Assembly: GCA_030141605.1 (NCBI GenBank)
Contig: JAQGDQ010000031.1
Span: 868,001-932,000, forward strand
Origin: Tubiluchus corallicola
Taxonomy: Eukaryota; Animalia; Priapulida
DNA length: 64,000 nt
Direction: 5' to 3'
Shown here: positions 28,189 through 40,400 of the stretch, in pieces
Position numbering within the stretch: the stretch's first letter is position 1
How the letters are laid out: each line of letters opens with the position of its first letter
Made by a program: the position numbers and the translations under genes
The notes under the pieces: model-generated
Databases searched by the model: none
What the model saw: only the letters and a program-made list of their open reading frames with translations
What the model was told of the DNA's origin: nothing

Positions 28189-29163
28189 GGCAACCATGCT
28201 TTCTTTATTTTATGCTGGTGTAACTCATCACCATCCTTGACAGCTTGCTTACTTTTGAACAGAGAGAAAACTGTTTTCCTCTGTGTGTGCGGAAAGCTTG
28301 TGTAGTTTTTTTTCTAAAAGTGCGATTAGATTATCCCTGTTGGTGGCGTGACGTGATTTATTTTAGAAGACTTGCTAGAAAGTTCAGGGAAGCTTTATGA
28401 ATCGCAAGAAATCCTGTTTAAATTAACTTTAGAAATGTCAAGAGACAGTGAATCTGTTGTGGACATAGATGCTTGTGAATTTTCGTATAATTGCGTCAAA
28501 GATTTCATTTAAAAACGGCAGTTTAAGTTGCAAGATACTTTTAAAGTTTAGGCATCAAAGACGGTACTAGCCACATTAGATGGGAAAATATTTTTTTGTT
28601 TGCTTAGCAGTTTCCGGATTCATATTCGTTTATTTGGTTATATTATACTATTTTGTTTTACTGCATTATGTTTCAAGAGCCTAGCCTATTTTTCAAGTAA
28701 AGGAAAATACAGTAATAAACACAGTGAAAACACACAGTTATTTAGAATTTATGCAAGTTAAGTAGCCAAAGAACTTATCGAACTTTGATGAGAACAGTGC
28801 TTTCACACAAATTGCTTTAGTATTTGAGTAAATTTACTGATCTGTACTCTTAGTTTCATAATGAGTTTGCACATGTTTTTATGGAAAATGTTTGCATTGC
28901 TATTGTCTTTAACACTGATGGCCTTACAGAAGTTCGCTTCCTAGGTCGCCAGAGCATTTACTGTTGTTTGAATTAATCATTGTAACTATTTGTTTTATTA
29001 CCGACTTGACGACTTATGAATACTCTGTAAAACTACTTTGCATTTATTGCCAGATAAAGTGAATTGAATTGAATTGAATACAGTGCTTGATGCAGGCAGC
29101 CGTATGTAATTTAGAAAGTTATTAACAAACGTTTCTGCTTATTTTTTCAGAAAATCTCACCGG

Positions 29164-29325
29164 ATGCCTTACAGTGAACTGAAGCATTAACCATGTGTTT
29201 GGCAAAGTCATCTTACGTCATAGACTGTGGTTGAATTATACTTGTGTAAACTTGTGTACTTTCTTCTGGTAAATTGCGACTAAAATATGTAACATAAAAG
29301 AGTTTGAAATTTTTATAATATGTGA
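29164..29325 (+). promoter_or_regulatory. Cluster of four uORFs in the NDST 5' UTR
   Basis: ATG..TAA 29164..29190 (8 aa), ATG..TGA 29193..29234 (13 aa), ATGTAA 29287..29292, ATGTGA 29320..29325; depends on the acceptor at 29150 being used. Confidence 0.6.
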
Positions 29326-29343
29326 AATTTGGTAGCTTGCACA

Positions 29344-30254
29344 ATGTTCTGTCGAATACCCGGTTGTTTGCAGTTGAAGATGACATGTCGCCGTATCACC
29401 AAACATTTTACCCTCAAGGGGGCAGTAGTGCTTGTGCTTATATTAAGCACAGTGCTGCCAGCGGTGCTGATCTACCAAACATCTCGGAATCGTGTGCCCT
29501 TAGAAGCCACATTCAAATGCAATACCAGTCCGCAGATGTCAACCCGTCCGCCAAACTCTCACCATTCGAATGCCAAACTGAGGGTGGATGCGAAAGTGCT
29601 CGTGTTTACAGAGACTCCACTCTCTTCGCTCGGTCAGGAGATCAAGATGATACTGGAGTGGAATCGTTTCCGCTTTAAGATGGATGTCGCGGGTAAAAGT
29701 TTGCCAGTATTAACTAACTTAGACAAAGGCAGATATGCTGTTATTGTGTTTGAAAACATGGACCATTATTTTAGCTTGAATAAGTGGAATAGAGACTTGT
29801 TAGATAAATATTGCCTAGATTATGATGTAGGTATCCTGTATTTTGCCCCATATCGGGAGCAAACAATTATCGGATCACGACTGCGTGGCTATCCATTATC
29901 TGTATACACGAACGTTCCTATTCGAGATTATGAGCTGAACACATTTTCACAAGTGCTGCGAATTACGCGTGCTGGTGAAGTTCAGCATGGGTCCATTCCC
30001 GAACACGGGAGGTGGACGGTCTTCAAAACTAATCACTCGACATTTGAGCCAGTGGCATTTGCTCGTTCTAAGCACTATGTGGACACTGATGGCACTGAAG
30101 AACTTTTGACTACAGTGTTAGAAGACAAAGGATTCTTCGACGGTGTGCGTAGGATCTTTTTTGGGCAGGGTTTCAAGTTTTGGCTCCATCGCCCAATATT
30201 TCTAGATGCAATTTCTTATTTGTCGCACGGAAAGCTGTCAACACCATTTGTCAG
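29344..30254 (+). CDS. NDST: NDST coding exon 1 (cytoplasmic tail, TM anchor, N-terminal domain); exon probably begins at 29151 with 5' UTR
   Basis: ATG at 29344; hydrophobic [19 protein letters not shown]; [10 protein letters not shown]; acceptor ttttttcag at 29150; donor AG|gtaaga, phase 2. Confidence 0.93.
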
Positions 30255-31897
30255 GTAAGAAAATCCTGCTAAACAGAGACTGACTTTTTGCAAAGGATAT
30301 TACTTTAAAATGAATATTTGTTTCTGTACTGTACTGTAGTTATGAGCTGCCACATTCAAATTTCTGTGACTGGAGCCAACTGGCAATTGGACAAAATTAG
30401 TTATAAAATTTGAAATTGAAAAGTTCAATTGGAAGTTGAAAAGTTCCATGACTTGGTGACTGATATGTGGCATATACTGTAGGTATACAAGAATTTCTCA
30501 TGGTGTATTCAGACTAGCGAGTTTTCTTGTCTAGTTAACTCACCAAAAAACTCTTCAAGTAACTCGCAAGCGTATTCAGTTTAGAGAACAAAACTTGCTG
30601 TGAGCTACTCTCCGAGAGTAAGCGCGAGTTGACAGTCACCGAGGCATTCACACCTGGCAGGAGCTTGCTGGAAATCAACTCGCAGCAACTGTCAGTGAGT
30701 TTAAAATAACTTGCAAATAGTAGCTCGATAGTTCACATTTGCGAGTTTGATGTTAGAGAGAAAAATCGCGACAGAAAACTCACTAGTCTGAACGCGCCAT
30801 TAGTGTACAGTGTTACTATCTTACAGTAAATGTAAGGATGTGCTAAAAATTAATCCTGCATGTAATTGTTTCAGATACATCTTGGTTGATGTAGACGACA
30901 TTTTTGTTGGCGAGAAAGGAGTGAGAATGACCTCCAGTGATGTACGGGTTAGTATCAGTTGGATTCAGAATGCTGCACGATACATACATGTTTTTGGCGA
31001 ATTGATCTTTCTTATTTCGTAAATTTCATTTTTAAATGGAATTTTGATGTCCAAACTGTCAGACATTACAATTACATGTAGACAGTGAATGTTATTTAAA
31101 CTCAGTTAGTATAATTGTAATGCCAAGATTACTATTAAACTAAATTTTAAGATTAGATTTTGATCAATCTAGAAAAATAGGAAATCTGCAAAAGTTGGAA
31201 TACAGTCTGGATTTGAACCAGCGACATTCTACTTATGAGGCATATGCCTTAGATAACTTGGCCACTGTATTTCCCAGTAGTCAAGGTTGTCCAGACTTCA
31301 TCCCTTATGGTTGACAAACCAAATTCAGTAGTTCCATGTAAGCTTTCTCATGTATGTTATTTAATTTTTTACCCCTAAAGCAAAGCTTAGTCAATATTGC
31401 TACCAATGTTTCACAATGCTTGACTGCACAATTTGATGGAAACTAAAAAATTAATTTTGAGATTCCAGACCTAAATTGGTAAATGATTTTTCATTTGCAG
31501 TCCACTCAAATTACCCGAATGTAAGCTATCAGACTTTAGCATTTACGTCACACGGCAATTTTTCTGATATTTTCATCAGTTTATGGCTGATGCTCAATTA
31601 ATTTTCCTCGCTTTCATCATTTCTGCAGCCACAACGTCGTTATCGGCTGTTTTCGTAAACTACATCGACCGGCAAAATGGTTATTGCTTTCGAATGTCCG
31701 TAATTTAAAATGCAGTGGCAATCCGGAAAAGTAATGTTAGAAACTTGGATTAGAATTGCAGAACTGTTAAGCGTGAATAGTTTTTTTGGAATACAGCACA
31801 GCATGCAGAGTGCAATATTTGATTTAATATTGTGATGTGATGCATAGCTGTCTGGGAATATATTTCTAATGTTCAATTACCGCTTTAGTTGAATGGA

Positions 31898-31928
<31 letters not shown>

Positions 31929-34900
31929 GTTTAATATTATTAAACGTGGAATTTGTGATCGTGTTATTTTTTTGTACAGAACATTCTCTTCTTTGTGCAG
32001 GTCCCGGAATATTTTTTAGAGAGTAAAACCCCAAAATTTAAAATGTAAGTGTCCCAGATTTGTAGGCATTATTGCCTCATTGAAAATACTGAGTCTACTA
32101 AATAGAAAAAAGCTTAGATAAAAATTTAGTTGTTCAAACGTTTTAACAGTTAGTTATTCAAAACACTAGTGTTTCTGTGCTTTAGGTAAAACCATCTGGA
32201 AAAGATTGAATAGAATCTTGCATAGCATTGCGTTCAGAATAGGATAATTCACTGGCTCATTAGCGTATGCTAATTAGCGTGCATGTAAATTCATCATGCT
32301 TTTCTTTCTGCTTCCCGATATTAAATAATAACCAGCAATTGATTAATTTCATCTGACAACACAGCCGGCGGTTGTTTGGTAGTTTTTGTTGCCATGGTGA
32401 CGGATTAAAAATTAACCAGGCCTTTGTGGGTTCCCTCCTTGCCTACATTAGGGTTTGCAGTCAGTAAATTAACTTTCAAATTGGCGTTTTGCTGCATTCA
32501 TTTTGAACCCGTGTGCTTTGCTTTTTGTAACATTATCTACTAATTTGGGCAAACGTGTAAAACCACCGAAACATGCTATTTTTTTATATTTCAATTTAAT
32601 GACTGAAACTAATATGAAATTATGCCTCATTTAAAATGAATTACTAAAATAGCCACTTATCCAATAACATTTTTGACAGTATAGCTTAAGTTTCACTAGT
32701 TATCAGTTTCAGTGTTTAGCCATAGCAAATCCTGAAATTCTTAAATTTAAATGAAGAGCTTTCAGGTGTTAGTGAATAATTGACTAGTTATTTTTAAAAA
32801 CATGAACAGCATTGATATTTTTCACATTGTTTGTGTTCATATTTTTCAACCAAACTTTCATTTCCCACTTAAGAAAAGCCTATTAGGCTATTTTTCACTT
32901 TAATACGAGTATTTTTTGCTTCTCTTAAGGCTTTGGTTGACACCCAAGAAAGAATACGCCAGAGAGTTCCCGGTTTCACGTTCAACTTGGGTTTCTCTGG
33001 GAAATATTTTCATGCCGGTACCGAGGAGGAGAATCGAGGAGATGATGAATTAATAGGTAGGATTTGATTTACCAGCGAATTTAACTCATTATTTATTAGG
33101 ATCATCAATTATGATAATATGTTTTGTGATTATAATACAATTCAGAAAATAGGTATAATGAATGTGCTATATAAAAATCATCGTACAGCATTGATTTTAC
33201 TCTGAATATTCAGTTTATTTATGAAAGAATAGTAGGTAAAATTTTACTTCAACAGGGAAGCTAGGTTTGAAAGCCAGTTAATGCTAGACAAGGTGTCTTG
33301 CTTATTTAAACCTACAGCAGAAGACTGGCAACCTGCACAAAATCTGTGCTGCTGCATCGTGTGTCTAAAAACCCTGAAAAAAAGCAGAAGAGCTCTATTT
33401 CAGTTACTCTGGGTTGGTAATTTGGCATGACATTGTAATAAGCCGAGATCTGCATGAATTTTTATTGATCTCCACATCAGCATAAGATTTTACACAAGTC
33501 ATGCCCAGCAGAAGATGAATTTAAATAGTAATTTGAATTAAAAAATTAAGACATGTTAAACTTAATGGTCCCATGAATTACCATATTGTATGTAGATGTA
33601 GGCGTAACGTGAGTCTTTCCTTCTTTGTTTTTGCACATTTTACATTTTTTCAACTTAAAAGCTACAGCTTGCAAATCAATTACTATTTTTCTTTTTTTGA
33701 GGGTATTTAAAAAAATGTTTGGCTCAATCTGCTTGAATGCTTTAAATGTTTAAGCTAACAGTTTTACTAGCTTGTTTAAGTGAGCCCTGTTATATTGCAT
33801 CTAAACTTTAACAGCTGTTCCTTGAATAGTTAAGCTTGGTCATATACTTTCCAGTGTTTACCTTGTACAAAAGCAAATTTTATTGAGTTTTTATTGCTGT
33901 TTTCATTATGGTTTGAGCTGCAAATTGCTCTGTTTATTATAAGTAGCAATTTTCGCAAAGCTGTTACTTTAAGCGTGTGTTCTTATATTGCTTAAGTTAT
34001 GGAGACGAGGTCACGAGGGCTAGCCCACTTAAAACAATATATCAGCATTATGATTAGTTAATATCTCAAGCCAGAATTCGATGTTTTTTAAACATAAATA
34101 ATCATAAACTACAACAATAATGTAGCATTAATTACAACATGTTGCAAAACTGTTGTTGTTGATTGAGCACTCTATTTTTGGATGTTTTTTCAACTTTAAC
34201 ATTTTTGCTAATTTGATACTGCTCATGATTTAGCAAATGGACATTTCACTCAGTTTAACAAATAGACAGCCTGGAAACCTCAACAATTCCTTAATACTTT
34301 TATCATTGATTGCCCAGTTGCCTAAGTATTAGCAGTGCAAAAAATGAAGAGAATTGGTGACAAAGTGATGTTCTCCAAGCCGTAGTACTCGAATACAAAA
34401 TCGGTCAACGGAAAGCGAATGCGAAAAAATCAGGACTGTCGGCAGGGCTGTGGAGTTGGAGGCAGCAGTGCTAAAGGAGTCGGAGTTGCAGTTGTTAAAA
34501 GTTAAGACAGGAGTCAGGAGTCCTGAGTATACTTATTGTTAGAAGAATTGGAATAATCAGTAGAAAATAAACAAACTCAAACTCCAGTTACTTTGGACTT
34601 TGAACGAATTTATGCATAACGTCCCATTTTGGGATGCTTTTGCATTGGTGTCTATGCAGCTAGATTGTTTTTCGAGTATAAGAAGTAGTGACAAAATGAC
34701 ACTATATCTAAATATTGAGAGTGCTACAAACTATTACTTAAAGGCAGGAGTTGGGGTTCCTAAAATTTTACGAGTTGGAGTCGGAGTCAGAGTTGAATCT
34801 AAAATTTTAGGAGCTGGAGTCAGAGTCGGAGTTGGATCTTCTAAAATTCTAGGAGTCGGAGTCAGAGCCAGAGTCAGAAGTTTGATGTACCGACTCCGCA

Positions 34901-37417
34901 GTCCTGACTCGTTGCTTATGAGATGATGATGGATGTAAACGAAAGTCCTTGTTACAAACTTGAGTTCAGTCTTGGCTTTTCACAATTTTTATGTCAGTCA
35001 AGTTTGGTTTTAAAAATATAATAATTTTGAGTTTTTAGCGTAATATTTGGATCTGCTGTTATTTGGATTATTTGGACTATGACATCGTAACAGAGAGAGC
35101 CAGCTAATACATTGACTGTTTGAGTATCATCTGAAGGGTGTAGTTAAGGCGTGATAATAAAAATTCCCTTGACAACTTGCCTTAGTGCCTCTGCTTTAAA
35201 TTCTGGTTCATTTCATTAAGCCTTACTTTAACCAGTCGCAATTATGAGATAATTAAAACTAATTTGTAAACAATACGGAACCTGAACTGCTGGAGGTTTT
35301 TTTACAGATCATAAAGATCACTTCACGTGGTTTCCGCACATGTGGAGTCATTACAAACCCCACTCCCTTGAATCCTCCACCCTCCAAATTCACATGAAGA
35401 AGAATCTGCAGTTTGCACAGGTATTACAGGTGGCAGCACTCTCAGTTAGCTTTTTAGAGCTAAGATAGCTTTGGTGGCAGATATTGGCATAGTTACTTTG
35501 TCAGCATCCAGTATGGTTTTACTAGTTAGCATTGGCGACTTGGCGTTAGGTACGTACTAATTCGAACGTAATTTTTATTTACCAAATATCCACCCTAGAC
35601 TTCGTTGGCCAAGGTAAGTTTATTCGAACTAGATTATGTAGATTTGGTTTTTTCTTTACTCCATTCCGTATTACAGCACTTTATGCTGAAGGAAATGCAT
35701 TAAAGTACAAATTTCTGCATGAGAAGCTTTTAGAAGCCCATTACAATGTAAGTACATATTAATAATTTATAGTTAGTTCCCCAAACAACTAAGCCATTTA
35801 TTGTGTGTGAATTGGCGGCTAGACGTCATGTATGAACTGTTGCAAACCATACAAAGACTAGTTAAGTTAAGTAACTTTGGATAGGGAATGACTGTAAATT
35901 ACTATATTCAAAATATAATTGAACTACTTGGCTTTACTGCTAATTTTTGTAACAACCTTAGATGTGTAATTTATACATTTGTTTCTAGCATGAAAGTGAT
36001 GAAACAGCTTTCACACCGGGTCTAATTTCTGATCACAAAATGAAAAAATATAAAGTTGTTTGCTAACTTTGCTTTCTTGTAATCATTGGCATGCAGTATT
36101 GTTTTTGCTATTCTGCTATTGTGCCAAATACACATGTTAACTGAAATTTTCCATAATGGACATTTAGCCTAACTAATGTAAACAGTGGCTAGAGTTTATT
36201 TGCATCTAACACTCATTACGTGGTTCCAAAATATTAAAGTGCTAATTTATTGCCTTCAGGTCACGATTAAAAATCACAATTTTGTTTTGGAAGAGAATAG
36301 TGCATTTTAATTTTGAGTTCTGGTAAATAATAGAAAAATTCATGCAGTGTTCCCAGAAACCTCAAGGTACTGGGTACAAATCTTGGTTGGCTCACATTTT
36401 TCTCAAAGTCTTCTTCCTAAAATTTGACAATTGATTAATTTTTTCATTTTTTATTTCAAACTAGACTATGCATTTGACTTTTTGTTTCATTGAAATGCAT
36501 TATTTTTTAAGCAAGTTTGGTCAATCAATTTTGTTTATTTTACTTATTAGTTCTTTGAATTGAACTAAAACCAAGTGAATGCTTAGGATCATTTTTTGCA
36601 TTTCCTCAACTAGTAGAAAATATGTTCTGATACTAATTACTAAGTTGTAGCCAAGTTTTGCAGTATGTAGGCACAAGTAAATGTTATAGCTAAAATAGAT
36701 TCTGTTAGTACCTATAAATAATTTTTTTATATAGCAACAACGACACTATAAATAGTACTAGTAATACTGTAATATGTATAACGAGATACGTAAAAGTATC
36801 TATATATATAAGATAGAACAAAAATGCTTTGGGAAGCAAAGATGAAGCATTGAAACTCATGCGACTGTAATTAGCTCTTAAAAGGTAGGTATTTTTACTT
36901 TATTTATATAACTAACCTGGCCTTGTTCCTGTACCATTTCTGGAAAACATCCTTGTCTTTCCTCAAAATCCTTCTACCACAGAAGCACACGAGTTTGCAG
37001 GCAAACTGAACAGCAAAACAATGAAAGAAGAAACAATGACACAATGAAAACAAAGAACCAAATTTGTCTAATTACCATGCCTGTTAATCTTTCCTTGGCA
37101 GCGGTTAGTTATATTTTTTATTTCTCCAATTATTATTAGCACACTCGTCGAAGTTTTCTTGGTTTGGCCACATGTGGAGCCACAGTCAGCCACATCAGAT
37201 CCTTACAAGGGAGAGCTTGGAAAACGAGATGAACTTGAATGTGGCGTTCGCAAAGGTGAGAACATCTCGGCACCTGGGCTTTTATGCCGTTAGATATTCT
37301 TTCACTTCATGTTAGTCGGTTAGCTGGCATAGTTGACTAGATATGATAAGATTCTTTTTCTGCAAGTGTAGTAATAATATTAGCTTGACTATTTCATAAT
37401 AAACATTTGACTTTTAA

Positions 37418-37458
<41 letters not shown>

Positions 37459-40400
37459 TTAGTTATGTGTGATACCTCTTACTCATTTTGAAGTATAACA
37501 TAGAAAAAGTAAATATAATAAATATGCTACATTATTCTACCATTTATTATATTTTTCCAGAATATTTGGATTGTAATGGCTTTCCAGTAACTGATTGTTT
37601 CATTTTTACTTTAAAAATAGCATTACATTACTACATGTATTTTTAAATAATGCATTGATCTACTGGTTATAATTTATGTTATTTTTAATTTAGAAACATA
37701 ACATAAGTGCACAGACAGGATATTCAGTAGCACCACATCATTCTGGCGTGTACCCCGTGCATGAACCGTTGTACGATGCATGGAAGAAGGTAATTAATGG
37801 AGTGAAATTAGTGACATGTGAAAAACAATGCAAGTAACTAAGCCTGGATCATGAGCCAGACTTGCAGTTTATTCCTATTGTTTTGTTATTACTTTCGTTT
37901 CATTTTTTCAGTCTGTTTACTTACGTACTATCTAAAAAGCCAAACAAGGATTTTTTGAACTGCCACATTTTTTGAATGGCTGTAATAGTGTCTCATGTGT
38001 ATGTACTACATTACAGTGCATATTAGGCGTATAAACTTAAGGGAAAAGTGGACATATCTTAAACTGTAGGTCAAAACAATCTAGTCTTTAAAATATTGAA
38101 AGGAACTTGCTATTTTTTCAAGAATGATTTACATGAAGAAATTATTACCACACAAACGTAAGTTCGCATTCGCACTTCTAGTTTTTCGCTGTTGCATGCA
38201 TTGCACCATTCATTAGTTAGATGGGCAGTAGCGCCTGCATTTTGGAAATGCATTGCACAAAAAACGTGCAGTACATCTCAATTCAGATTCAGATGTGTTT
38301 GTTTGTGATGTGCTTTTGTAGTATTATTGGTGTTAAAATGTACATTTTTACAATACTTCAAATTGGGGTAGGCTATGGAAAATCAACTCAGTTTCCTTTA
38401 ATGATCAAGTTTACAAGCTGATGAATGGATATAAATATAAAGATTCGTTTCTTTCGCTTGCAGATTTGGGGTGTGCAAGTGACAAGCACGGAAGAATATC
38501 CTCATCTTCACCCTGCGAGGGCTCGTAGAGGCTTCATACATAGAGGCATTAAGGTGGGGTGATTTTTGCTTTTTTTGAAAGCCTTATGCATGTACTCTTG
38601 GCATTCTGCATAATAGCTTTATGCATTTGTGAGTGATATGAACTAAATTTAGTAATGAAAAGTTAAACAAAGTTTTTCTGTACAAACGAGTAAGAGCCTC
38701 TTAGCTTCATAAGTCTGTAAGAATTTTAGCGAGGCTTCAAGGATGTAGTGGCTGAGTTTCAGTTTCATTATTCTTGTACATTCATCAATGTAATGTTAAC
38801 CCTGCTTAAGAACATCTACGACATTAGTAACGTAGATTAATCACTTTGTATGATGTTCACACTCACTCGCAGTTATAGGTGTAGTTTAATCTACAGCCAA
38901 ATGTAGAAAATGGATATTGAAGTTTAGTGGTAAATACCGCTGTTTTTTGTTTTTAGCATTTTGCTTTTGTACAACGATTTAGCATGCCCTTTCTCGAGTT
39001 TACTGCAATTTACATTATTTATAATGTGTTTTATGTAAAATATTATAGCTGTGTAAAAATAAAAAATTCTCATCACATCTCCCTTGCAGATTCAAAATTC
39101 TTACACTATTTAATTCTTTCCTTACAGTAATATTATTGAGTTCTTTACTCCAGAAAAGTGAAAAGTCTCTGCTTTAGTGTGACGAGCTTCTTTAGCATTC
39201 AGACTTATCTTCCCAACTGATGTTATTGCTTACAGCAGAGCTAATTTGTCTACATTAGTTAGTTAATTACTTACTTACAGGTGTTACCCCGGCAACTATG
39301 TGGATTGTTTACACACACGGTTTTCCTGGATCGGTATCCTGGAGGAAAGCACAAACTACAAGCCAGTATTCACGGTGGTGAACTCTTCCAGACAATACTC
39401 AATAATCCTGTATGTATTATTGATTGCAAAGAGCTGTGAAATGTTTTCATTTTCGAACTCTGGGAATAAATTCTGTCACTGGGAGCTGTTGCGACAAATC
39501 CGCTTACAATGAAAATTTGTCAACTGAAATATTGTTTTTCCGCTTGAAAACGATGACCTTTCAAGAACGAAGGAAACAAGTTGTCATTGTCATACAGGGC
39601 CATCTAGAAAAAATGTTCCCCCATATTAACTGGTGATCCTTCATCCTATTAGAGGCATTTGTAATAGAGAGCCACATCGCAGTGTAGCTGCATTTTTCCT
39701 CCTTCCTAAGAGCTATAAATTTCCCTCCAAGACCCTCGCCAGGTGCCGCTAGAGCATTTTTTTATGCAGCATTGCAGTAGTGAATAAAAGCATAAAATGG
39801 CCAGTTTTGGAGATTTTTTACCTGCCATTCCTAGAGGAATGCTGTGTAGAAAAATGCTTTATCGTTACTTGTTCGGAGTTTTGGAGGGAAATTTATAGCT
39901 CGTTGGAAAGAGGGAAACGATGTTAAATGATAACGTGGACCTTTACAAATGCCTCTACCCAGGATAAAGGTTTACAAGTTTGTTGGGTGTTGGGGCAATG
40001 TTTCTGTGTGGACAAACCTGCAAATCGTTTTTACAGTTGCATAGTTATCCTTCAGTTGTGCTGCATGCTCTGGAAGCAATATTGAGAGTTGAGAAGTAGT
40101 TTTATATTGTGAATTTATAACTGTCTTTCAACTGTGTAATGTTTTCTAGACTCATTTGCCAGGTCATGTTTAAATCATCAATACATTGTGGCAAATTGAA
40201 ACCTAAATCGGTGGATTTTTTTGTTGCATAAATTTCACCTGAAAATAATGTGATGGACGAAAAGTTAGTGCTGTCTTGAACATAGTGACTAACATTGATG
40301 TAAACTGGTGAAACAGCCCCTTTCTTTTATATAAAAATGAATCAGATACATTGAGTGTGTATATTATCTTTGTACTCTGAATGCCACCTTCAGTTTACGT

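Noticed and set aside
29322-29678. 118-aa overlapping ORF in another frame
   Set aside because: Starts at GTG, lies in the shadow of the NDST exon and shows no recognisable motif.
35308-37255. Exons 4a and 4b as consecutive constitutive exons, or one as a dead pseudo-exon
   Set aside because: Joint inclusion frameshifts to a stop. Both keep splice sites, frame and catalytic residues despite about 60% amino-acid divergence, which argues for selection on both; expression still needs confirming.
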